From assembly GCF_044704955.1 (NCBI RefSeq), contig NW_027250686.1, forward strand, positions 62,001 to 124,579: DNA of 62,579 nucleotides, read 5' to 3'. The stretch comes from Pristiophorus japonicus (Eukaryota). Shown piece after piece: positions 13,438 through 24,365 of the stretch; position 1 is the first letter of the stretch; the number at the start of each line of letters is the position of its first letter. Position numbers and translations under genes: made by a program. The notes under the pieces were generated by a model. That model was not told the DNA's origin. It was given only the letters and a program-made list of their open reading frames with translations, and did no database searches.

Positions 13438-15550
13438 CTCTCAGTACTGCTCCTCCGACAGTGCGGCGCTCCCTCAGTACTGCCCCTTCGACAGTGCGGC
13501 GCTCCCTCAGTACTGCCCCTCCGACAGTGCGGCGCTCCCTCAGTACTGCCGCTCCGACAGTGCAGCTCTCCCTCAGTACTGCCCCTCCGACAGTGCGGCG
13601 CTCCCTCAGTACTGCCGCTCCGACAGTGCAGCTCTCCCTCAGTACTGCTTCTCCGACAGTGCAGCACTCCCTCAGTACTGCCCCTCCCACAGTGCGGCGC
13701 TCCCTAAGTACTGCCCCTCCGACAGTGCGGCGCTCCCTCAGTACTGCTCCTCCGACAATGCGGCGCTCCCTCAGTACTGCTCCTCCGACAGTGCGGCGCT
13801 CCCTCAGTACTGCTCCTCCGACAGTGCGGCGCTCCCTCAGTACTGCTCCTCCGACAGTGCGGCGCTCCCTCAGTACTGCCACTCCGACAGTGCAGCTCTC
13901 CCTCAGTACTGCTCCTCCGACAGTGCGGCGCTCCCTCAGTACTGCTTCTCCGACAGTGCAGCGCTCCCTCAGTACTGCTCCTCCGACAGTGCAGCACTCC
14001 CTCAGTACTGCCCCTCCGACAGTGCGGCGCTCCCTCAGTACTGCCGCTCCGACAGTGCAGCTCTCCCTCAGTACTGCTTCTCCGACAGTGCAGCTCTCCC
14101 TCAGTACTGCCCCTCCGACAGTGCAGCACTCCCTCAGTACTGCCCCTCCGACAGTGCGGCGCTCCCTCAGTACTGCCCCTCCGACAGTGCAGCGCTCCTC
14201 CAGTACTCCCCCTCCGTCAGTGCAGCGCTCCCCCAGTACTGCCCCTCCGACAGTGCAGTGCTCCCTCAGTACTGCCCCTCCCAAACTGCGGCACTCCCTC
14301 AGTACTGCCCCTCCGACAATTCGGCTCTCCCTCAGTACTGCCCCTCCGACAGTGCGGCGCTCCCTCAGTACTGCCGCTCCGACAGTGCAGCGCTCCCTCA
14401 GTACTGCTCCTCCGACAGTGCGGCGCTCCCTCAGTACTGCCGCTCCGACAGTGCAGCTCTCCCTCAGTACTGCTTCTCCGACAGTGCAGCGCTCCCTCAG
14501 TACTGCCCCTCCGACAGTGCAGCACTCCCTCAGTACTGCCCCTCCGACAGTGCAGCACTCCCTCAGTACTGCCCCTCCGACAGTGCAGCTCTCCCTCAGT
14601 ACTGCCCCTCCGACAGTGCAGCACTCCCTCAGTACTGCCCCTCCGACAGTGCGGCGCTCCCTCAGTACTGCCCCTCCGACAGTGCAGCGCTCCCCCAGTA
14701 CTCCCCCTCCGTCAGTGCAGCGCTCCCCCAGTACTGCCCCTCCGACAGTGCAGTGCTCCCTCAGTACTGCCCCTCCGACAGTGCAGCACTCCCTCAGTAC
14801 TGCCCCTCCGACAGTGCAGCTCTCCCTCAGTACTGCCCCTCCAACAGCGCAGCACTCCCTCAGTACTGCCCCTCCGACAGTGCGGCGCTCCCTCAGTACT
14901 GCCCCTCCGACAGTGCAGCGCTCCCCCAGTACTCCCCCTCCGTCAGTGCAGCGCTCCCCCAGTACTGCCCCTCCGACAGTGCAGTGCTCCCTCAGTACTG
15001 CCCCTCCCACAGTGCGGCACTCCCTTAGTACTGCCCCTCCGACAGTGCGGCTCTCCCTCAGTACTGCCCCTCCGACAGTGCGGCTCTCCCTCAGTACTGC
15101 TCCTCCGACAGTGCAGCGTTCCCTCAGTACTGCCCCTCCAACAGTGCGGCGCTCCCTCAGTACTGCCCCTCCGACAGTGTGGCTCTCCCTCAGTACTGCC
15201 CCTCCGACAGTGCGGCTCTCCCTCAGTACTGCTCCTCCGACAGTGCAGCGTTCCCTCAGTACTGCCCCTCCAACAGTGCGCCGCTCCCTCAGTACTGCCC
15301 CTCCGACAGTGCGGCTCTCCCTCAGTACTGCCCCTCCCTCAGTACCGCCATTCCGACTGCAGTGCTCCCTCAGTACTGCCCCTCCGACTGCAGCGCTCCC
15401 TCAGTACTGCCCCTCCGACAGTGCAGCGCTCCCTCAGTACTGCCCCTCCGACAGTCCAGCACTCTCTCAGTACTGCCCCTCCGACAGTGCAGCACTCCCT
15501 CAGTACTGCGCCTCTGAAATATCAGCGCTCCCTCATACTGCCCCTCCGAT
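13438..15550 (-). repeat. 33-bp minisatellite, about 64 highly homogeneous units
   Basis: Unit CTCCCTCAGTACTGCCCCTCCGACAGTGC(A/G)GCG. A variant block recurs at 14201, 14696 and 14927 (spacings 15x33 and 7x33). Confidence 0.97.
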
Positions 15551-15714
15551 AGTTTCTGGTGGATAATGGAGGTGCCACTGTGTGTAATGTGCAAGTCAAT
15601 AAGAATTTTCAGCACAATTTAATCTGCACTTTCTAATTGGAAGATATTAATCAGTGTAACGTTTCAGACACTGAATTGTAGATTTTACGCCAAAGATTCA
15701 TTTTTGATTGATAT

Positions 15715-16417
15715 CAAACAACTTGTATTTATATAGCGCCTTTAACGTAGTGAACCGTCCCAAGGTGCTTCACAGGAGTATTATGAGATAACAATTTGAC
15801 ACCGATCCACATAAGTAGAAATTAGCTCAGGGCTTGAACTAAGAGGTCGGTTTTAAGGAGCGTCTTGAAGGAGGAAAGAGAGGTAGAGAGGTAGAGAGGT
15901 GGAGAGGTTTAGGAAGAGAGTTTCAGAGCTTGGGGCCCAGGCAACAGAAGGCACAGCCACCGATGGTGGAGCGATTATAATCAGAGATGCTCAGGAGGGC
16001 AGAATTAGAGGAGCGCAGACATCTCGGGGGGTTGTAAGGCTGGAGGAGATTACAGAGATAGGGAGGGGCGAGGGCCATGGAGGGATTTGTAAACAAGGAT
16101 GAGAATTTTGAAATCGAGGTGTTGCTTAACCGGGAGCCAGTGTAGGTCAGTGAGCACAGGGGGTGATGGGTGAGCGGGACTTGGTGCGGGTTAGGACACG
16201 GGGCAGCGAGCACAGGGGGTGATTGGTGAGCGGGACTTGGTGCGAGTTAGGACACAGGGGCAGTGAGCACAGAGGGTGATGGGTGAGCGGGACTTGGTGC
16301 GAGTTAGGACACGGGCTGCCAAGTTTAGAATGTGGGAGGCCGGCCAGGAGTGCTTTGGAATAGTCAGGTTTAGAGGTAACAAAGGCATGGAAGAGGGTTT
16401 CAGCAGCAGAAGAGTTA
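15715..16417 (-). mobile_element. L2 LINE 3' end with about 3 copies of the 56-bp internal repeat (16150-16315)
   Basis: Reverse complement of 17303-18615; tail AAAGGCGCTATATAAATACAAGTTGTT. Confidence 0.85.
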
Positions 16418-16584
16418 ATTCATCACATTACAATACTCTATAGTTATTAACTCAAAACATCCTTTGACCTTAAATAACCCAGTCTGACATTATCTTGCTA
16501 TCCTCCCTGATCCTGCTTTTTGCAAAATGAGCTATGCTTCTCTGGGAACACCTACACAAACAACCACACACAGTTCAATCAAAC

Positions 16585-16990
16585 GCAAAAGCAAAATACT
16601 GCGGATGCTGGAATTTGAAAGAAAAACAAAATGCTGGAAATCTCAACGGGACAGGCAGCATCTGGAGAGAAAAACAGAGTTAATGTTTTGGGTCGATGAC
16701 CCTTGGTCAGAACTGCTGAATGTTCGAAAAGAGCAGATTCTTAAGGAGCACTAAACGGGGGAGGGGAGGAAAGAACAAAAGGGAAGGTCTGTGATAGGGG
16801 GAAGGGGTATGAATGGTGGGATAATGACCAGCTGCCATTGGAGATAAAGGAAAAAAATTACATAAGAAGGCGGGGAGGGGGCGGAGGGAGCCAAATATGG
16901 GCAGAGGTGTTATGGTCTGAAATACTTCGTTCGTTACCCAGCATGGCTTTGCAACTTTAGCGATAAGAAGATGAAATGCACTGCCGGCCC
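16585..16990. mobile_element. Penelope-like element terminal-repeat remnant with decayed hammerhead core
   Basis: AAAATACTGCGGATGCTGGAA...GCAGCATCTGGAGAGA..CAGAGTTAA. Minus strand reads CTGACCAA-GGGTC-ATC-GACCC-AAAAC. Family recognised from memory only. Confidence 0.55.
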
Positions 16991-17302
16991 TTATCTTACT
17001 AATTAATGCCCCATCCTTGGCTATAAGCTGGATTCTAACATAACAGACCATTCCAAACTACTTGTACCTTTCTTGCAGTTGACATAATATTGCCTTAATT
17101 TACCATCATGCTTTGCTACTCGGCCTTGTATCATGGTTAGCTGAGCTTACACATATTGCAGTTCTTATTATATAATAGTTAAAAAGGCATTATTACACAT
17201 TTTAAAAAGATTATGCAGTTGTATTCTTACAGAACTACTGCCTGTGATCATTCTTTATAATCCAGGGACACTCAGCTGAAATTAGTTTACAATAAAGTAA
17301 TT

Positions 17303-18615
17303 ATCCATGCCTTTGTTACCTCTAGATTCGACTATTCCAATGCACTCCTGGCCGACCTCCCACATTCTATCCTACGTAAACTAGAGCTGATCCAAAGCCC
17401 AGCAGCTCGTGTCCTAACTCGCACCAAGTCCCGCTCACCCATCGCCCCCTGTGCTCACTGCCCCATGTCCTAACTTGCACCAAGTCCCGCTCACCCATCA
17501 CCCCCTGTGCTCACTGCCCCGTGTCCTAACTCGCACCAAGTCCCACTCACCCATCACCCCCTGTGCTCACTGACCTGTGTCCTAACTCACACCAACTCCT
17601 GCTCACCCATCACCCCCTGTGCTCGCTGCCCCGTGTCCTAACTCGCACAAAGTCCCGCTCACCCATCGCCCCCTGTGCTTGCTGCCCCGTGTCCTAACTC
17701 GCACCAAGTCCTGCTCACCCATCACCCCCTGTGCTCACTGCCCCGTGTCCTAACTCACACCAAGTCCCACTCACCCATCACCCCCTGTGCTCACTGCCCC
17801 GTGTCCTAACTCACACCAACTCCTGCTCACCCATCACCCCCTGTGCTTGCTGCCCCGTGTCCTAACTCGCACCAAGTCCTGCTCACCCATCACCCCCTGT
17901 GCTCGCTGCCCCGTGTCCTAACTCGCACCAAGTCCCGCTCACCCATCACCCCCTGTGCTCGCTGCCCCCGTGTCCTAACTCGCACCAAGCCCTGCTCACC
18001 CATCACCCCCTGTACTCACTGCCCCGTGTCCTAACTCGCACCAAGTCCCGCTCACCTATCACTGCCTGTGCTCGCTGCCCCGTGTCCTAACTCGCACCAA
18101 GTCCCGCTCACCTATCACCGCCTGTGCTCGCTGCCCCGTGTCCTAACTCGCACCAAGTCCCGCTCACTCATCACCCCCTGTGCTCACTGACCTACATTAG
18201 CTCCCGGTTAAGCAACGCCTCAATTTCAAAATTCTCATTCTTGTTTACAAATCCCTCCATGGCCCTTGCCCCTCCCTAACTCTGTAATCTCCTCCAGCCC
18301 CTCAACCTCCCGAGATGTCTGCGCCCCTCTAATTCTGCCCTCCTGAGCATCCTTGATTATAATCGCTCCACCATCGGTGGCTGTGCCTTCTGTTGCCTGG
18401 GCCCCAAGCTCTGGAACTCCCTCCCTAAACCTCTCCGCCTCTCTACCTCTCTCTCCTCCTTCAAGACGCTCCTTAAAACCGACCTCTTTGACCTCTGCTA
18501 TAATTTCTTCTTATATGGCTCGGTATCTGTTTTGTCTTATAACACTGCTGTGAAGCGCCTTGGGACATCTTACTCATTAAAGGCGCTATATAAATACATG
18601 TTGGTGTTGTTGTTG
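17303..18615 (+). mobile_element. L2 LINE 3' end with expanded internal minisatellite
   Basis: IHAFVTSRFDYSNALL..., RVLTRTKSRSPITP, LWNSLP, FKTLLKT; tail GGCGCTATATAAATA..(TTG)n. Confidence 0.88.
17409..18190 (+). repeat. 56-bp minisatellite, about 14 units, inside the L2
   Basis: Unit GTGTCCTAACTCGCACCAAGTCCCGCTCACCCATCACCCCCTGTGCTC(A/G)CTGCCCC; period checked at 17521 and 17577. Confidence 0.95.
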
Positions 18616-18638
18616 ATGGGGCCCAGACAGCTGCATGC

Positions 18639-18934
18639 TGTCATGAGAACTTGAAAGGGAAAAGGGGTATAAGAGAAGCAGCTAGTGAACCCTGAAGGCA
18701 GCAAGAATACAGAAGACTGAAGAAGAACTAGTCAACGGGACACAGCAAGAGATCGCGCTGCAATCACACGGGGCTTCCGTCGAGGTTTCAAGGAACAGAC
18801 GGTCGACTAGCGCCGTGTTAAGTATTATTTCTTTGCACTGGAAGTAAACCGCTTAATAAAATCTTTTGCGCTTATAAACAATATACCTGTGCCCAGCATG
18901 GTTTGCTATGGTCACGGACAAGTCTCTTATGACA
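18639..18934 (+). mobile_element. Putative short solo LTR
   Basis: Inverted termini TGTCATGAGA...TCTTATGACA, TATAAG near 18668, AATAAA near 18855. No matching TSD. Confidence 0.5.
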
Positions 18935-19053
18935 GATCTTACCAGTTCTTAAAGGGGTACTGCAACCTGACAAGGCATCAATCAGCTCTCATCTTCTGTC
19001 AAGAGGCAGTGAGACTGTTAAGGAGGGTGAAAAAGTTGGTTCTCAAATCAGGG

Positions 19054-19999
19054 TTCCAAGCTTAAATAAAGGAGACTACAAAGGTATGAAGGCAGAGTTG
19101 GCTAAAGTGGACTGGGAGAATAGATTAAAGTATGGGACGGTTGATGAGCAGTGGCAGACATTTAAGGAGATATTCCATAACTCGCAACAAAAATATATCC
19201 CAATGAGAAGGAAAGACTGTAAGAGAAGGGATAACCATCCGTGGCTAACTAAGGAAATAAGGAATGGTATCAAATTGAAAACAAAGGCATACAATGTGGC
19301 CAAGACTAGTGGGAGGCCAGAGGATTGGGAAACTTTTAAAAGCCAGCAAAGAACGACTAAAAAAATGATAAAGAGAGGGAAGATAGATTATGAAAGCAAA
19401 CTCGCACGAAATATAAAAGCAGATAGTAAGAGTTTTTACAGGTACATAAAAAGTGGCTAAAGTAAATGTTGGTCCCCTGGATGATGAGACTGGGGAATTA
19501 ATAATGGAGAACAGGGAAATGGCAGAGACGTTGAACAAATATTTTGTATCGGTCTTCACGGTAGAAGACACTAAAAACATCCCAATAGTGGATAACCAAG
19601 GGGTTATAGGTAGGGAGGAACTTAATACAATCACTATCACTAATGAAGTGGTACTCGGTAAAATAATGGGACAAAAGGCAGACAAGTCCCCTGGACCTAA
19701 TGCCTTACATCCTAGGGTCTTAAGAGAAGTGGCTGCAGAGATAGTGGATGCACTGGTTGTAATCTACCAAAATTCCCTGGATTCTGGGGCAGACCCAGCA
19801 GATTGGAAATGTAACGCCCCTATTTAAAAAAGGGGGCCGACAAAAAGTAGGAAACTGTAGACCAGTTAGCCTAACATCTGTGGTTGGGAAAATGCTGGAG
19901 TCCATTATTCAGGAAGCAGCAGTGGGACATTTGGAAAAGCATGAAGCAGTCAGGGGGCCAGGTGGCCTACTCCTGCTCCTATTTCTTATGTTCTTATGT
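19054..19999 (+). mobile_element. CR1 fragment (EN-RT linker) joined through an internal deletion to the 3' tail
   Basis: LAKVDW, PWLTKEI, KSFYRYIK, KSPGP; jumps near 19950 to GGCCTACTCCTGCTCC..(TTCTTATG)n. Confidence 0.88.
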
Positions 20000-20055
20000 T
20001 GTTATGACACAAAGGACTGAGTGGATCAACAAAAATGTGTTTGAAATAAAGCCGA

Positions 20056-20061
20056 TTTATT
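20056..20061 (-). terminator. Probable polyadenylation signal of the minus-strand ZNF gene
   Basis: AATAAA on the minus strand about 160 nt after the stop; same layout as the paralog (31029). Confidence 0.6.
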
Positions 20062-20223
20062 TGACAGAGAGACAGAATATTAAACTCCACACCAGTTTAT
20101 AGGGGTTCGGAACATCAGCAGAGACAAAGCCCAACTTGCCCAGAACGAACACGGTTCAGTCCCCGGGGATGTGATTGACAGCAGCAGCAACAACAGCAGA
20201 ATCTCCCCCAAATCCCTCTGCCG

Positions 20224-20982
20224 TCACTTGTGCACTCGCTGGTGTCTCAGCAGGAGGAAGGACTGCGTGAACCCTCTCCCGCAAGCGTCGCAACTAAACG
20301 GCCTTTCCCCGGTGTGAACCAGCTGGTGCTTCACCCATTCCGCGTACCGTTTAAAGCTCTTGCGGCAGTCCGTGCATTTGAAGCGCCTCTCCTCGTTCTG
20401 GCTGCAGTGGTGCTTGAGCAGGTGGGAGGAGCGGGTGAACCCCTTCCCGCACTGGGAGCAGGTGAAGGGCCTCTCCCCGGTGTGGACGCTCTGGTGCTTC
20501 AGCAGGTCGCTGGACTGCCCGAACCGCTTCCCGCAGTGGGAGCAGCCGAAGGGCCTCTCTCCGGTGTGAGTCTGCCGGTGGATCCTCACTTCGCCGGGGC
20601 TCTTGAAGCTCTTCCCGCAGTCGGGGCACCGGAAAGGTCTCTCGTCGGTGTGAACCCGCTGGTGTTTCAGCAGGTGGGAGGACTGAGTGAATCCCTTCCC
20701 GCAGTCGGAGCAGGCGAACGGCCTCTCCCCGGTGTGACTGCGCTGGTGTCTGACCAGGTGCGAAGAATGAGTGAACCCCTTCCTGCACAGGGAGCAGGTG
20801 AAGGGTCTCTCCCCGGTGTGAACTCGCTGGTGTGTCAGCAGCGCGGATGACTGAGCGAATCCCTTCTCACACACCGAGCAGGTGAACGGCCTCTCCCCGG
20901 TGTGACTGCGTCGGTGAACCTCCAACTGTGACGGATAACTGAATCCCTTCCCGCAGTCCCCACATATATACGGTTTCCCCAT
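20224..20982 (-). CDS. Tandem C2H2 zinc-finger protein, 9 fingers (finger 7 lacks the last His), single coding exon, no KRAB/SCAN/BTB
   Basis: Intact 252-aa ORF with TGERPF linkers, ATG in ACAATGG context, upstream acceptor TTTGATAG at 21259-21260. Confidence 0.92.
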   Translation of the reverse strand: MGKPYICGDCGKGFSYPSQLEVHRRSHTGERPFTCSVCEKGFAQSSALLTHQRVHTGERPFTCSLCRKGFTHSSHLVRHQRSHTGERPFACSDCGKGFTQSSHLLKHQRVHTDERPFRCPDCGKSFKSPGEVRIHRQTHTGERPFGCSHCGKRFGQSSDLLKHQSVHTGERPFTCSQCGKGFTRSSHLLKHHCSQNEERRFKCTDCRKSFKRYAEWVKHQLVHTGERPFSCDACGRGFTQSFLLLRHQRVHK

Positions 20983-21504
20983 TGTGCGGGTGTCCTTGTG
21001 TCTCTTCAGGTTGGACGATCAGTTGAAGCCTTGTCCACACACACAACACGTTTACAGTTTCTCCCCGCTGTGAATGGTGCGATGTTTTTTCAGTCTGTGC
21101 AACTGGTTAATGCTCTTTCCACAGGCAGGGCACTGGAACACTCTCTCTCGGGTGTGTGTGTGTATCTTGGGGCTTTTCCACTTCCAATTATTTAAAAAAA
21201 TAATTTCACAAGTTATTAACTGGAGATTCCCGTCTGCAAATCCTCCCCAACTAACACCCTATCAAAGGAGTTTACAAAATTAATTACGAAGCACAGCATA
21301 GCAATACAGAACAGACAATTCTAGTTTCTATAGAACATTCAGTTATCTTTGGTGTCTCCTGAGCTGTAAATATCCCGTCCGACACACTATCTCCTCTCTC
21401 CATCCTCACTCTGCAATGTCAGTCTTACACATTGCGAGATGAAAAAAGACCTGGGCCCGTTGGGTTTGCCTTCTACCTTCCTGGTAGTTGCATGATACAA
21501 CGGA

Positions 21505-22430
21505 AATGGAGTTCTTGACTAATCATAATTGATAATGAAGTAGAAAGCTGTGGACTGCAGGACGGTATCAATGTACTGGTCAGGTGGGCAGAACAGTGGC
21601 CAAGGGAATTCATTCCGGAGAAGTGTGCGGTAATGCATTTGGGGAGGGCTAACAAGGCGAGGGAATACACATTAAATGGTAGGGCACTGAGAAGTGTCGA
21701 GGAACAGAGGGACCTGGGAGTGCAGGTCCACAGATCCCTGAAGGTAGCAGGCCAGGTGGATAAGGTGGTTAAGAAGACATACGGAATACTTGCCTTTATT
21801 AGCCGAGGCATGGAATACAAGAGCAGGGAAGTTATGCTTGAACTGTATAAAACACTGGTTAGGCCACAGCTGGAGTACTGCGTGCACAGGTCTGGTCACC
21901 ACATTACAGGAAAGATGTGATTTCACTGGAGAGGGTACAGAGAAGATTTACGAGGATGTTGCCTGGACTGGAGAATTTTAGCGATGAGGAAAGATTACAT
22001 AGGCTGGAGTTGTTTTCTTTGAAACAGAGGAGGCTGAGGGGAGACCTGATTGAGGTGTAAAAAATGATGAGGGGCCTGGATAGAGTGGATAGGAAGGACC
22101 TGTTTCCCTTAGCAGAGGGGTCAACAACCAGGGGGCATAGATTTAAAGTAATTGTGGGGAGGTTTAGAGGGGATTTGAGGGGAAATGTCTTCACCCAGAG
22201 GGTGGTGGGGGTCTGGGGCGGAGCTCACGGCCTGAAAGGGTGGTAGAGGCAGAAACCCTCACCACATTTAAAAAGTACCTGGATGTGCACCTGAAGTGCC
22301 GTAACCTACAGGGCTACGGACCCAGAGTGGGAAAGTGGGATTAGGCTGGGTAGCTCTTTGTCGGCCGGCACGGACACGATGGGCCGAAATGGCCTCCCTC
22401 CGTGCTGTAAATGTCTGTGATTCTATGATA
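21505..22430 (+). mobile_element. CR1 3' portion (older family), in the ZNF intron
   Basis: RDLGVQVH, YKTLVRPQLEYC, RGDLIEV, tail TTCTATGA. Confidence 0.88.
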
Positions 22431-22431
22431 C

Positions 22432-22640
22432 TAAAAGAAAGACTTGCATTTATATAGCGCCTTTCACGACTACCGGACATCTCAAAGTGCTTTACAGCCA
22501 ATGAAGTACTTTTGGAGTGTAGTCACTGTTGTAATGTGAGAAACGTGGCAGCCAATTTGCGCACAGCAAGCTCCCACACACAGCAATGTGATAATGACCA
22601 GATAATCTGTTTTTATGTCATGTTGATTCAGGGATAAATC
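22432..22640 (-). mobile_element. Deu-type SINE 3' fragment
   Basis: Same tail and body as 13181 and 58206. Confidence 0.8.
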
Positions 22641-22819
22641 ATTAAAACGTTCTAATGCCACATTCACCCGTTACCATGATGCATGCTTAACAAATCTCTA
22701 ATATTATACCTTATTAATTGTTTAAAAGTGGCTTCAGATCCATAAATCTTTGGAATATTAAGTAGCACAGTCCTGCCCATTAAAAGAAAATATTCTGCTG
22801 ACTCGCAAATGGTTTTTCA

Positions 22820-24232
22820 TATAAGAACATAAGAAATAGGAGCAGGAGTCGGCCATTCGGCCCCTTGAGCCTGCTCACCATTCAATAAGATCATGGCTGA
22901 TCTGATCATGGTCTCAGCTCCACTTCCCTGCCCGTTCCCATTAACCCCTTACTCCCTTATCGCTCAAAAATCTGTCTATCTCCACCTTAAATATATTCAA
23001 TGACCCAGCCTCCACAACTCTCTGGGGCAGAGAATTCCACAGATTTACAAACCTCAGAGAAGAAATTCCTCCTCATCTCAGTTTTAAATGGGTGGCCCCT
23101 TATTCTAAGACTATGTCCCCTAGCCTAGTTCGAGTTTCCCCTCATTATTTTCTATCTTTCGATAAGATCACCTCTCATTCTTTAGAACTCCAATATGTAT
23201 AGGCCCAACCTACTCAACCTATCTTCATAAGTCAACCCCTCATCTCCAGAATCAACCTAGTGAACCTTCTCTGAACAGCCTCCAATGCAAGTATATCCTT
23301 CCTTAAATACGGAGACCAAAACTGTACGCAGTACTCCAGGTGTGGTCTCACCAATACCCTGTACAGTTATAGCAGGACTTCTCTGCTTTTATACTCTATC
23401 CCCCTTGCAATAAAGGCCAACATTCCATTGGCCTTCCTGATCACTTGCTGGACCTGCATACTAACTTTTTATGTTTCATGCACAAGGACCCCCAGGTCCC
23501 TATGTACTGCAACACTTTGCAATTTTTCTCCAATTAAATTGTAATTTGTTTTTCTATTTTTCTGCCAAGTGGATAAGCTCAGATTTTCCCACATTATAGT
23601 CCATCTCCCAGATTTTTGCCCACTCACTGAGCCTGTCTATATCCCTCTGCAGATTTTTTGTGTCCTCCTCACAACTTGCTTTCCCACCCATCTTTCTATC
23701 ATCAGCAAACTTGGCTACATTACACTCGGTCCCTTCATCCAAATCATTAATATAGATTGTAAATAGTTGAGGACCTAGCACCGATCCCTGTGGCACCACA
23801 CGAGTCATTGTTTGCCAACCGGAAAATGACCCATTTATCCCGACACTCTGTTTTCTGTTAGTTAGCCAATCCTCCATCCATGCTAATATATTACCCCCAA
23901 CCCCGTGAGCTTTTATCTTGTGCAGTACCCTCTTATGTGGCACCGTATCGAATGCCTTCTGGAAATCCAAATACACCACATCCACTGGTTCCCCCTTATC
24001 CACCCTGTTTGTTACATCCTCAAAGAACTCCAGCAAATTTGTCAAACATGATTTCCCTTTCATAAAACCATGCTGATTCTGCTTGACTGTAATATGCTTT
24101 TCCAAATGTCCTGCTACTGCTTCCTTAATAATGAACTCCAGCATTTTCCCAACAACAGATGTTAGGCTAAACTGGTCTACAGTTTCCTGCTTTTTTGTCT
24201 GCCTCCTTTTTTAAATAGGGGCATTCCATTTG
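22820..24232 (-). mobile_element. CR1 RT and 3' UTR
   Basis: ORF 23554-24144 (QHGF, YLDFQKAFD, PQGSVLGP, FADD); tail ATAAGAACATAAG. Confidence 0.92.
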
Positions 24233-24365
24233 TGGGATAAATGGGTCATTTTCCGGTTGGCAAACAGTGACTCATGTGGTGCCACAGGGATCGGTGCTGG
24301 GTCCTCAACTATTTACAATCTATATTAATGATTTGGATGAAGGGACCAAGTGTAATGTAGCCAAG

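Noticed and set aside
13438-15550. CRISPR-like array
   Set aside because: Contiguous tandem units with no unique spacers, no cas genes, eukaryotic context.
13418-15566. Long ORFs (527-701 aa) on both strands, and similar ones at 83-1851
   Set aside because: They are an artefact of a 33-bp unit (a multiple of 3) lacking stops in several frames. No splice or start evidence, and the unit is SINE-derived.
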